DNA of 64,000 bases from the human T2T-CHM13v2.0 reference genome, Homo sapiens: NCBI RefSeq assembly GCF_009914755.1, contig NC_060932.1, one strand, 5' to 3'. Below are positions 42,830-57,154 of this stretch, one piece after another; the first letter of the stretch is position 1; the number at the start of each line of letters is the position of its first letter. The translations under genes and the position numbers were made by a program. The notes beneath the pieces are model-generated. The model was not told the DNA's origin. It searched no databases and saw nothing but the letters and a program-made list of their open reading frames with translations.

Positions 42830-43216
42830 CGGATTCCGGGTCCGGAGTTGGAGGCTTTGGGCGGCCGCGGCGTAGCGCGCGGTGCCGGGGCCGGCGGGGA
42901 GGCGCGCGCTTAGGGCGCGGCGCCGGCGACGCGGCCACGCGGCGCGCTCCCGAGGAAGGGAGGTGTGGGGTCGGCTGGGGGTGGCGCGTGGACGGGGTGG
43001 GGGTGGGGGGAGGGTCGGGTGTCGGCGAGCTCCGCGTGCGGGTTCCGAGTGGCTGCTGGCGGCCTGGGCTGCCGGGGCCGACGCCTGGGTGGCTGCTGCC
43101 GCCGCGCCTGCTGCGAGATGGCGATCTTGGGCGCGGAAGGGTGAGGGCGCCCGCCGCAGGAGGAGGTGCCGCTGCCGTGGCCGCCCGGCTGCCGGGAGCC
43201 GACAGCTTCGCGCCGG
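42830..43216 (+). other. WWP1: Non-coding exon 1 (5' UTR), probably WWP1; start approximate
   Basis: Donor CGG|GTAAGG at 43216/43217; ...GCTGCCGGGAGCCGACAGCTTCGCGCCGG matches my recollection of the WWP1 mRNA 5' UTR (not database-verified). Confidence 0.75.
43118..43144 (+). other. Upstream ORF MAILGAEG* in exon 1
   Basis: GAG-ATG-G (G at -3 and +4), in-frame TGA at 43142-43144. Confidence 0.65.
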
Positions 43217-44999
43217 GTAAGGACGGCGCGGCGCGGGGCTGGGGGTGCGAATGGGCAGGGCGGGAGGGGGCACGGGCCCTGAGCCTTGGCCGCGGTGCTG
43301 GGCGCCCGGCGCCGTCCGCCCCCGGGCTGGACCCTCCTAGGACCCGTCGGGGGACGGTCCGCCCTACCTTGGCTACCTTCTCCAGCCCGGGAGTCGGGAG
43401 TTTTCTGGGGTGGGGTCACGGGTCTTGCCCGGAGTTCGCCCTGGCAAAGGCCTGTGCCAGTGATCCTGGAGCGGAGCGAAGTGTTTCCGTGACTCTGCAG
43501 CCGCAGTTCTTAGGCTTCCTTAGCCTTCTCTTCGCCTTCCTCCACCTTTCCCTAACACCTCCCTGAAAACACAAATACATGGACTCATTGCCCGTTCCCT
43601 GACTTTCACCCCAATTTCAGCGTTGCAAACCAAGGACTCCAGCCTTGGAACGTCTTTTTCTGACATGTTTTTATCACTCTCCGTTCTTCACCGACTCTGC
43701 AGCTCCCCATCCCCCGCCCCCCCAGCGCAACCCCCACCTCCACCTTTTGTGACCTGGTAGGTTCCAGTGACCTTGCAGATTTTACCAGTCCTTATCTTGT
43801 CTGTGACTTACAGACTCTCCTTTCATCTTCGTGTTCTTTTTTTAAAAAAATTTAATTTTGTAGTTTGCCCCTTACCTTTACGACCTTTAAATGATCAGTC
43901 TTGTTCACAGTCCTTTCTTTGCTCTGCCGATTTGGAGTTTTCTCTGCTGTGGTAAATATATGAAACCTTCATTACCAAAGAAGAGTAGTGTCTGTTATAA
44001 TTTTGACATTTTTACTCTTTCAGAATAAAATATTTTCCAGGGGCTTGATTTTGCCTTCTTTTTCTATTTGATAAGTTTAACAAATTTTTTTCTGTGTGTG
44101 TGTAGGTTAATGTGGAACAAGATTTTGTGTTTCTGCTTTAAAATGTTACTGGTAATAGTAGTGGGAAAAAAAATCATGTCCAAAATTATCTTTGTTTTCC
44201 CCGTTTGGTGTTTTTACCTGAAATAGTTGGTTTACAGTTACCTGCATTTTTTTTTTTTAACAAGAGTTCATGTTTATGTGTAAATCCACTTTACCTGCCT
44301 CACCAAATCTGTGTGTATTATACAAGCAAAATGCACCTTTTAAAGAAGAAAGTCGTTCTTTTATTGTGTGACTTGTTTTTAGCCATCAAGTAGTAAATTA
44401 GCTGCGACTAGAAATGATCATTTTTCATAAATGGTTAGTATTTTAAAAAATGGAAAGTGTAGTGGCCAAGTATTGGGAGCTACTCAGATTGAGAATTGTA
44501 AAGTATGTGGAATAGTTCTTTGGGACATAGCTTATCAACATTTTCAGATAGTTCTTACCTTAAAATGTGAAACTGCTGGTAAGATCTACATCAGGGTTTT
44601 GAAAAGCAATAATTATGAGCTACCGGCATAATACAGGATGTCGCAGATAAAGTTTCTGCCTTCAAAGAGATGGTAATCTTTGCTGTTTACCCCACGGTGG
44701 CTGAAATTTCCTTTACTTCCTTGTACAGTTGTTAAGCATTTACTGCATAATTGTGGGAGGTATTTTGGGAAATACAAAGATGAACCGATTAGCAATTTCT
44801 GCCTTCACACTAATTAGGTAGATAGTGCTATACACAAATGCCTTATTTGTCTTTTAATATATAAGTTTCATAAATGGTACCAAAATCCTCTCAGAAGTCA
44901 ACTTCAAAGAGAGTAGAGCTCAGATCTTACTTGGCAAGGTAGGGATAAGAGGGTTAGTTTGTAGAGCTTCTGGCTTCTGAAATCGTGGTTTTGAAGGAC

Positions 45000-45510
45000 G
45001 ATTATGACTTTGGATAGGCAGGAAAGGTAATCCTAGCAGAGAGGTATCTCTAAGAGAGCACAGAGTTCCTGTTTGGGGAAAGGCAGGTAATTATGTTTGG
45101 GTGGAACATAAACTTATTTGTACCAGGATAAAGGGTGATAAAACTTGAAGTAAAAATTTGGACCAGTTTATGGGTTGTTTTTAATGCCAGACTTATGACC
45201 TTGGATTTACCCGGTGGTGGGGCTTCCACAGATGATTTTGAATTGGGAGTGAAACAATTTGAACACTTTGTTTCAGAAGGATTAGTGGGATAGAGGTCTG
45301 TAGTGTGAACTGAGGTAGGGAGACCCTGGAGGTAGAAAGACCTCCCAGTTGTTGTAGTCATGGATAGTGAGGATCTGAGCTGTGGTGCACGCGAATGGAA
45401 AGGAAGAAAGGAAGTCGAATAGCCAAAATTTGATGAGAGGGCAAATGAAAGTAAAAATAACTGATTCTGATCCAGGTTGGTTGGGAGAACAGTGGTACCA
45501 TTTTGAGCAA
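45000..45510 (-). mobile_element. L2 fragment
   Basis: GAGGTAGGGAGACC...GTTGTAGTCATGG L2-like motifs. Confidence 0.6.
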
Positions 45511-45657
45511 GATCATGAAGCTTTACCCTCAGCATATGTGTGCTACTTTACAACTTTTTGGAGATTACTAATTCTTGGTAAAATGCTGGCCTGGAAAATT
45601 TCCATATGCGCCTATGCTTTGTGGATATAATTTTAGGGGAGTCCATGGAACACCTGA

Positions 45658-45997
<340 letters not shown>

Positions 45998-46600
45998 ACT
46001 GGGAGCTTTTTAAAACAGTAGAACCTTCAGGTTCTTCTGTGTACTGATAAGAACTCTTACTGTAGAGATATGCTGTATATATACAGAAACACAATATTAC
46101 ATTTGTGTTGTGGTTTACAGTTTACAGAGAATTTTGACTAATGTTATTTGCTATTATATTACACAATAAACTATTCCTGGAGTTTAAATGATTTGCCTGA
46201 AGCATCATTCAGCTGGTGGGTAAAGTGGAATCAGGAGATTGTTGACAATGATGGTGTTCTTTCATGTATGAAGATAATGCAGTGGCTTTACCATCAATTA
46301 AATATAGTTACTGCCTTTAAATGACCTTGTCAGTAAGACTAGATGATCCCACAAGATTCCTTCTAGTTTTTAACATTTTGTGATTCTCGAGTCCTAGACT
46401 TTCATCAGAGTATCTACTCTCCTTGTTTAATATGTGCATGAGAGCTGGTGAGTCTGAGGGATGAATTGGGTAGAGAAGAGCAGTTAGCAATATCAGATCA
46501 TTCATTTGGATTGTTACTTTCTTTGTATGTCTCACTTTGGGCTGGGGAGTAGGGAGGAGAGAGGTGATGTAAGTGAAATAAGAAACTTTAAGAACTTTAT

Positions 46601-46717
46601 TGGGAGGCTGAGGCAGGAGGATGGTGTGAACCCGGGAGGCGGAGCTTGTAGTGAGCCGAGATTGCGCCACTACACTCCAGCCTGGGCAACAGAGCGAGAC
46701 TCTGTCTCAAAAAAAAA
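46601..46717 (+). mobile_element. 5'-truncated AluY (part of right arm)
   Basis: GAACCCGGGAGGCGGAGCTTG; TSD AAGAACTTTAT. Confidence 0.92.
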
Positions 46718-47276
46718 GAACTTTATCTTCTCTGTTCATTTATACCTTCAGAATATTCTTTTCTTTCAGGAAGCCTTTATCAAATAAAAATGGAGACTTC
46801 ACAATGTAAATGAAGATTCCTACTCAATTTTTTTTGGGTGGATTAAGTAGCTAGCTAGTACGGTTAAAGTGTAGTGCGATTGGTAAACAGTTGACTTTTC
46901 TGCACCTGTAAGATTATCTCCCTGGTAATAGGTAATCATAGCATGTTATTACATGTTAATAAACTTTGATTTCATAATTATTAGAAAGACTGTTGTTTTT
47001 TACTCTTTGTATAAAAATATGATACAATTATAATGAGCATTGGAAAATCCAATAAATTGCCCTTTATAGTGGTATCCAAGGAACTAGTTACTAATACTTA
47101 ATGGAGGAAAAATGATAAAAACATACACAGATGAATTTTATTGTTTTTGCTGGCATTAAGAATTGTACTATACCTTATGTTAGTATAGCATTTCACATTT
47201 GTAAATAATAACTATATTTATCATTTGGTTCTCATGACAACTGATAAGTTGGTGTGTTAGGAAGTAATAACTGCTT

Positions 47277-47571
47277 TATATTTTATTTTATTTTATTTTA
47301 TTTATTTATTTTTGAGACAGGGTCTTGCTCTGTTGCCCAGGCTGGAGTTCAGTGGCACAGTCATGGCTAAACTGAAGCCTAGACCTCAGCCTCCCAAGTA
47401 CTTGGGACTACAGGTGTATGTCATGACACCCAGCTAAATTTTTAAAATTTTTTATAGAGATGGGGTCTTGCTGTGTTTCCTCAGGCTGGCCTCGAACTCC
47501 TGGACTCGTGGCCCTCCCACCATGGCCTTCCAAAGTGCTGGAATTACAGGCGTGAGCCATCGCTTCCAGCC
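47277..47571 (-). mobile_element. AluJ
   Basis: Dimer with a short internal deletion. Confidence 0.88.
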
Positions 47572-48135
47572 AATCATTGCTTTTTGGATGAATATGCTGA
47601 GGCTAAAAAAAAAGTTTAAAAAGTTAAATTTCCAAAGTATGTGGCTAGTTAGTGGCCACAATTAGAACTACAACTAAAACCCTTATTTTTGTTCCTATGT
47701 CAGTATTCTTTTCCCACCAGACTTCTTACTCTTCATGTACAATGGAACATCATTAGTTAAGAGCTGTATGTGAAGGATTTGAATTTACCTGTTTGGAATG
47801 TGTTAAACTTTTGTACCGTGTAGAGGTAAACTTGTCAGTTTTTTCCTTTGTGTTAAAATGGTAATCTCACTGCAGTGGCTATTGGTAGGTGATATTTAAA
47901 TTTGTAAGCATTGTACCACAGAATAGTTATTCTCCTGTCAAGGATAAAGCAAAAGTTGATTTCTTATCTGGAAAAGTACATTGGTGAAATGTAGATATTT
48001 ATTTTTTTGAAAATTTTGAATTTAATTCTGTTGCTTTTACAGATGAAGTTTGTGTTTCCCTTTTATAAAAGCTTAGTCTTCAAAAATTTACATTTTTTGA
48101 GGATATAAATGAGGATCTAATTTCCAAAATATATA

Positions 48136-48268
48136 TAGATTGGGTATCCCTAATTCAAAGTTTGAAATGCTCCAAAATGGGAAACTTTGAGCCACCTACA
48201 TTACTCAACAGAAACATTCACTGGAGTATTTCAGATTTTGGATATTTGGATTAGGGATACTCAACCTG
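48136..48268. mobile_element. MER46/Tigger4-type MITE
   Basis: TIRs TAGATTGGGTATCCCTAAT and ATTAGGGATACTCAACCTG, flanked by TA. Confidence 0.8.
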
Positions 48269-48419
48269 TATCATGATATTTTATTATTTTTGTATTAGAT
48301 CATAAGCTCTACCATTGAAAAAAACCCAAAGATATTAAAAAGCCCTCCTTAGTGGATGCTTCAATTCATACATTTAAACAACTTTTTTAGGGAATGTATA
48401 ATGTAAAACCATACGTCAG

Positions 48420-48477
48420 ATGGTTTTTAAGTTATAAGGAAGACTAGCATGGTTTTTAAGTTATAAGGAAGAGTAGC
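48420..48477. repeat. 29-bp tandem duplication
   Basis: ATGGTTTTTAAGTTATAAGGAAGA(C/G)TAGC twice. Confidence 0.95.
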
Positions 48478-48486
48478 ATTTGTTGA

Positions 48487-48807
<321 letters not shown>

Positions 48808-49082
48808 TGACATTTCTTAAATCTACAGTTCACTCACAGCACATACTGGCGTACCTACTATGTGCCAGACATATTTCTAGGTGCTGGGAGTACAGTGTTG
48901 AGATGACAGATATGAAGCCTTTCCTCTTGGAACCTGGAGTTTAGTGGAATCACTAACATTAACAAGGGCATAGAACTTTATCTTCTCAGGTTGTAATTTT
49001 GCGGAGTGTAATTAATTATACCTCTCCTTTTTCTGGGGTTTGAACAAATTATGCAGAACACACAAGGAACCAGGTGAGTGTT

Positions 49083-49757
<675 letters not shown>

Positions 49758-51289
49758 AATTTTATTTAAGTATAACATCAGCTTTACTATACCAAAACAG
49801 GACTTACGGAAAACTGTTTTGGAAGCTGAAGCTTAGGCAGCTTACTACTTTCCGCAAATCTGGATTTTGAGTCTGAGCATGCCACAGGGAAAGCTGAGTC
49901 TAAAAAGTGCAAATGACAGCACATCTGGCTTACTACGCAAATGGGAATACCTAGCACTCTCCTTGGTTAGAAAAGAGGAGAACATTTGTGGCCTCTGAGG
50001 TTTTTCCTAGTGTGCCACCATAATAGGGTAGGATTGACTTGCCTTCTGCTTGAGGGCAGTGGGATCTAACAAAGTACAGGACCCAAGAGTCCATGCTGCT
50101 TGGAAGTAGTGATTTACCCGATCTCGTGAATTGGAACAGACAGCATCCCATGCAGAAAATGGGCCACAGATGGGCAGAGATCGATTCCCTCTGCCCTTGT
50201 GATTGGATTTGAGACCTAGGGGAGAAGGGTTTCTTGACTATCACTCTGGCCTTGACCAGAGTGAGCAACCTGTCCCCCACGCGCTCCAAGCCCCAATGGC
50301 ATTTTCTGTTTGCAGTGTCTTGAAAAAGCTTGGGATAAGCTACTCTTCCTTGGAGAGGTGTCATTATAGTGGAGAGAATTCTCTTTCCTTCTAGAGACTG
50401 GAATGGTAATCCTCTCTTATGGAAATACAATGAATAAGGTGCTGCTTCTCCTTTCCAAGAACAGGTAGATTCATTGATTGCTATCTGGGTTTTTCTCGCA
50501 TTATCACTTAACCTTATCCACTATCGCTTTATTTTAGTCTTAGCAGTATTTTTTGTTTGTTTGTTTTTAGTTCAAGTTGGCTGCTAAGTAATGCCATGGT
50601 TAAAGGTGAAATGAAGAAAATGAGTGTTTAGTTTTTATTACATTATAGCTTCTGAGTGGAGTAGTGAATGCATTTCATTTTAAGAATTTAGGTTATTAGT
50701 GCATAGCTGCGAAGCATTTTTGAAGCATTTCATGTACACTAAAAAACGGGCCCCTGCATCCTAATGCAAATCTCTTTGCAAATTTCTGAAAATAGTACAT
50801 TGGCTGTTGCGGGGAGGAGTTTGGTAATTGGATGTACTGAGAAACATGATTTATAGAAATAGGAAAGGCCAGGGCACAAAGAAGGGCACGGATAGAGTTA
50901 CATGAAGGTGCTTCTTGATGGCTGTCCTCCCTACCCTAAATTATTTGGGTAGTTAAAAAATATCCTAGCATTAACAGAATGTAGGTATGATAGCCTTTTA
51001 GGAAACAAGGAAAACAAGTTCTTTTGATAGCTGTTCAGTATACTCATAAATCTGATTGACTGGGCTGGGTGGAAGCTGACTGTTGAGTCCTGACTTGAAA
51101 TTAGGATACTGTGGTTACACATTAGCCCCAACTTGCCAAGATGTCCTACTTTTTGTCTGTGTTTAGTTAGACTGGGGAGGAGAATTAGTTAAATGAACCT
51201 GTTTTGTATAAAGTAGGATATTCTTTACCTTAGAAGTAAACAAACTAGATTGTTCTTCTCTTTTTAAGTTTTTAACGGTAGAGGCACTT

Positions 51290-51495
51290 TTGGCATACAG
51301 GTTAAGAGTCACAGTTTAAAGTCAGGCAGACCTGACTTCTGGTAGTATTGCTTAATGGCAGGATTGCCTCAGTTTCTTCTTTTGTAAAATGTAAAGAATA
51401 CCATCCTTAATGGATTTTTGTAAGGATTAATTGAAATAATGTTTATAAAGCAGAAAGCATGGTGGCTAGAACGTAAGCCCTTAAATCATGTTTAT
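51290..51495 (+). mobile_element. MIR
   Basis: GGTTAAGAGTC...TGCCTCAGTTTCTT...TGTAAAATG...AGGATTAA. Confidence 0.75.
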
Positions 51496-51629
51496 TGCTC
51501 GTAATTCAGTATTATGAAGTTGAAAATTCAAACAAGTATTCACTTTGCTGTGAGCTACTCATTTCTCAAAGACAGTTCTAGCTTCGTTTTGGCATGGGCA
51601 GAGCTCCTTATCAAATTTCCACCCCCAGC

Positions 51630-51915
51630 TTTTTTTTGAGACAGGGTCTCCGACAGCTCTGTCTCCCAGGCTAGAGAGCAATAGTGTGATCATGGTTCAT
51701 AGCAGGCTTGACCTCGGGGGCTCAAGCAATCCTCCCACCTCAGCCCCACAAGTAGCTGGGACTACAGTTACGCACTAACATGCTCAGCTAGTTTTTTTTT
51801 TTTTTTAGTAGAGATGTTGCCCAGGCTGGTCTTGAATTCCTGGGCTCAAGTGATCCCCCCTACCTCGACCTCCCATAGTGCTGGGATTTACAGGCATGAG
51901 CCACCAGGCCTGGCC
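51630..51915 (-). mobile_element. AluJ
   Basis: Dimer. Confidence 0.88.
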
Positions 51916-52325
51916 AAATAAACAAAAAAAAAGTTGCTAAAAGGGTAAGCACGAAATCTGGGATACTGACTTAACATGGCTGGCAATATATCAGCTAGTG
52001 ATGGTTTTGCTGTGCAGCCTGGGAACAAGAAATCATTAACACCATCATTAGATGAAATATTGTATTGACCAGTGTTTGTCAAAGCGCAATCCTTATATAA
52101 CAGTCGTCTGGGATGCTTATTAAACATGTTGATTCTTGAGTATCCTTTGAGATCTCTGATATGGTCCTTGAGAGTGGAGCTTAGGGATCTTCATTTTTTG
52201 CAAATATCTCAAGAGATTTTATGCACATTAGTTTGAGAACTGTTGGTAGAAACTGAATTGGTTATTTGGGGTCCTAGTGTGCTCTGTCAGAGTTCATTTT
52301 TCTAGCTAGCTAGCTAAAATATTCC

Positions 52326-52953
<628 letters not shown>

Positions 52954-53736
52954 CCTCAAGTATTCTTTAAGTACACATGTGTAATGTAAATACAAAGAGA
53001 GCTTAACATCTGAACCTTCCAGATGTTTAAAACAGCCTAAGATAATTGCCAAGGACTTGATCCAAACAAACTCTAGAAACTTGATACAGGGTGATTACAG
53101 TGAGGAGTAGGCAAGAGAAATGATACTGCAAAGAGATGTCCATTAGGCTTCCTTGTTCAAAACATTTCCTCCGTACTTCTTTCTACAAAAGCAGAAATTA
53201 TTTTGAGTGAAGCTAATTCTTTTTAAAAAATGCCTACTAAAAGTTAAGCTAGAAGTTATGATTCATTATTAAATAGTCTGATTGCTTTTCACTTAGCTAA
53301 GGTAAGCCACTTAAAAATAGAGATTTTTGACTGAAATGTGTCAAATTTGGAATTTGGTCTTTTGACTAGAAAGTAGGTTGGTTGGGGGCATGATGTGTCT
53401 CTTATAGGGAAAAGCTTTTGCTTAGGGTAAGGGCGTTGACTTGGAAAGTCATGAGAAAAGGTTTGAATTTTAAATTAATGAAAGAAACAAAACAAATTTC
53501 AAGCTAATCTCTAACTGTTATTTAGGGCCAAAGTGATGACACCTACGGGCTACTTCACTTAAACCCTCCTCAGTCCTGTGACCAGCAGGATCCAAAATCT
53601 GATCCTGTCATCAGAAGAGTAGATCTTTTTTCCTGGAAAAACCTAAAAATATGGTTGAAATAAACATAGGTTGCTATGTTAGTAATTTTGTGGTCAAAAA
53701 TATGCCAAACCCATGATTTATTTTTTCTCAATTTGA

Positions 53737-54069
<333 letters not shown>

Positions 54070-55239
54070 TGAGAAGCCTATTGTATCTGTTTGTTTTCAC
54101 TGTCTCTTTGAGCCCTTTCTTTTGAGGAAAAACAACAGCCATCTCTTTTTGTCTATGCCCTGTGAAATATTGTGTCGATGTTTACAAGTGAATACCGAAC
54201 AGAACGTATATATTATACTTGGGAATACCATTTTTCTAGGTTAAAAATTTTGGTAATTGTAACTTGTTTTAAAACTTTCTTTGTGATTTAATTTTTCCAT
54301 TAACGTATTGGCTATTTAGAGCTCGGGCCTTAAATAAAGTAAGACAAACCTAGAATTGGGTGTTGGCACCCATGGGCTGAGTGCTACTGTTTAAGTTAAC
54401 TTCAGATTAAGCCCTAGTTTTATCATATGTAAACTGAGAATAATATACCCAATTCATGGGTTTCTTGTGTGACTTAAACCTGGCACTTAGTTTTCAGTAC
54501 ATATTCACTAGGCTGGGTCTATAATACCTTCTCATTGATGTCAGATCTATTTCAGAATTTTCTTGAATTTTGGAAAGGTAATCCATTCCATATGCTGTTA
54601 AATAAAACTGCAGTAAAGTCTAGGGCAGTGCCTGTAGTTTGTTTGGCAAATGCTTGTGTGTGGATAAGTAAGGTTAATAAATAGCCACACATCAGGTCAG
54701 ATTTTGTTGCTAAATGAACTTTCAGTTTTTTTTTTAGCTTTTTGCATTTTGGGTCAGTGGATAAAGGATTGTGTCCCTGTATTTTGGATTCTAATACTTT
54801 CCTCTAAGAATGAGGAATATCTGATGAAAGTTTATCCTTTATGGCATGCTTTAAAATGCTTAGGAAGAGTATTTGTAAATAGTGAATTAACATTGTGTAT
54901 CTATTACATGAATAACTTGAAAATATCTTGAAATTTTGTATTTATAACAAAATGTGGCAGTACTGTATTCCTTTCAAGTTCTTAAATGTAATTTCTAATC
55001 CTTACTGCAGGTGTGTGAGGGGCTTTCTTTACCTACTTTTCTCTATATTGTTGTGGAAGTATGGAAGAAAAATATTGAGAGTTTTTGTGCCTTAGAGTAG
55101 TTGAGAGTGTGGTTAGAGTGGTGGTGATCAGGGTGGGATGGGGTTAGGAAATTAACTATTATTGGGCACCTTCTTATTCCTGATTCTAGAAAGAGTTCCA
55201 CTTTCCCACAGTTAATATTAACACCTTTTTTTAAAAAAA

Positions 55240-55380
55240 CCCTCACAATACTATATTAATTTGGTGTTATTATCCTCATTTGACAGACAGGAAAACTGAG
55301 ACTCAGGTTAAATATGCACAAATAGAGTTGAAGTTTGCATGTAGGTCTGTCCGACTTGAAAACTGTTCTCTGCATTACAT
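55240..55380 (-). mobile_element. MIR
   Basis: ATTATCCTCATTTGACAGACAGGAAAACTGAGACTCAG. Confidence 0.75.
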
Positions 55381-56184
55381 TACCAAAATGTGCTCTTCTC
55401 AAACTTAAAATTGGCACTTTGGAATTGAAGAGTTAGGACATCTCCATGGCTGCTTAAATGCTGATAAATTAGAATTCTTAATGTATTAAGAAACAATCAG
55501 GAGATGTTTTGAGGTGAACATAACTTTGAGTAATGATATCCTGATGATGAGCACAGTGTAGAAGAGTGCTAGTCTCATCAGCAGTTCTGGGTTTGGCCTG
55601 CCATTAAGAAGCTCTGTGTTTCTGAGTAATTCTCTTAATCACCTCTCATCCTCAGCTCAGCTCCATGACTCTGCTTTGTGCTGCTTCATAAATGCAGCAA
55701 GTATGTGTATTTCAAGAATGCCAAAATATTAAAAATTTTTGAATTTTAAGGAAAAAAGTCGTTAAGCAAATATACTATTAAAATATCAGTTTGAATAAAG
55801 TGACCAATTACTTATGGAAATGTTTGTGTCATTTTGAAATAAGAGATTATACTGAAGTTTGATCTTCATAGAGTGAGAATGTCATGTTGTCCTGAATGCT
55901 TTCCCAGAATACGTGGAAATTATGTGTTAAACATGATCTCTAACAGCTTACCTACTCCATTGTTTATGTGCTTATACTTTTACACACTTATCTTTTTACG
56001 ATTAATTGTTCTTTCTCTTTTAACCTTAAGGAAAGGTATTTTCAAAGGCTAGCTTAACAGCCCACAAAACCACCTGACGTAAGCTTTAGTTGATAAGAGA
56101 ATAGTAACTTCAGATTGATACAGCAAACTTCTCATTTTAAGGCATGGGTTAGCTCAGCACTTCTTATTTTATATTTTGTTTCTG

Positions 56185-56410
56185 CAGTGCGTATGTAGTG
56201 AAAAGAGCATTAGCTTTGAGCCCAAGGAAATCTGGCTTCAAATTCAGACTTACTAGTTTCATGGCCCTGGGCAATTTACTTCAACCTAATTTTTCTTATC
56301 TGTTAATGGGACTAATAATGATGACTCTAATGGATAATTGATAATGTTAGAGATAATTTTTTTGTAAAGTGACTGACATATAATAGGAGCCCAGTAAATG
56401 TTTGCTGCTG
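56185..56410 (+). mobile_element. MIR
   Basis: GTAGTGAAAAGAGCA...CCCTGGGCAATTTACTT...CAGTAAATG. Confidence 0.78.
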
Positions 56411-57135
56411 TTGTTATATTTTGGAGTCAGAGGCCTGGTTCAGGTTCCGTGTTTTAAGACTGGCTGTGTTTTCTGCATCACTCAGGTGCCCCACCTAAGT
56501 GTATGAAGTCTTGGGCTTTATCATCTTACCTTTCTGCCTAGCAAGTATATACACATCTCTTTTTATATGTTAACTTATGTTGATTCTGTAAGTTTGGAAC
56601 CCAAGTTTTAATGTTCTTAGAATCATATTTTCTTCAGAAACATGCAGTATAGGAGTGGGAAACCTGTTTTCTGATGTTCACTAGGGTAAGGGGAAAAACT
56701 TATCAAATGCACGCATATATATATTTATATATATATTTTTTTTTACTGTAAAATCTTTGGTATTTGGTATAATATGCAAACATAATATTGTATAACAAAC
56801 TGAGAAATTATAGCAAATTAAAAGAAAAAAACTACCTCATTCTCAGTACTGTACTGATACCATTTAGGTTTATCTTTTGTTGACATAATAGAGTAACGAT
56901 GCCAAAGAAAGCCCTATGTTTTTGTCTGTCTTTTAAAGGTCCATAGCTGCTTAGGTTAAAAATTGGAATAGTTGCTGCTAAGTTTGATGAATACATTGTC
57001 TTTTCTTTCTAATGTTTTCTAGTAAACATAGTAACTGATATCCTTTCCTGCAATGGAGGAAAGCTGTCAATTTCATTTTGGGGAAGTTGGTGTAATCTAT
57101 TTTAATATTTTTTAAAGGTTCTTTTTATGGTGCAA

Positions 57136-57154
57136 CATCACCACCTTGTGGCCT
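57136..57154 (-). promoter_or_regulatory. Candidate CTCF site
   Basis: Minus strand AGGCCACAAGGTGGTGATG versus consensus TGGCCACCAGGTGGCGCTG. Confidence 0.45.

Larger units (their letters stand above)
42590..43500. promoter_or_regulatory. WWP1: CpG island, TATA-less housekeeping-type promoter
   Basis: Very high GC and CpG density. Two GGCCCCGCCCCT GC boxes (42683-42694, 42707-42718), inverted CCAAT (42726-42730), NRF1-like TGCGCATGCT (42811-42820), YY1-like GAGATGGCG (43115-43123). Gene name from recall. Confidence 0.9.

Noticed and set aside
42522-43566. Long ORFs over the CpG island (309, 169, 162 and 112 aa)
   Set aside because: Stop-poor GC-rich DNA gives Gly/Arg/Pro/Ala low-complexity ORFs in several frames and both strands; the 309-aa ORF starts at GTG and runs through the splice donor
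49951-50430. 159-aa minus-strand ORF in unique intronic DNA
   Set aside because: Non-ATG start, no recognisable domain or exon structure; BLASTX and PhyloCSF would be needed to revive it
50764-50771. Octamer ATGCAAAT
   Set aside because: Occurs several times in this AT-rich window; no snRNA gene or supporting context
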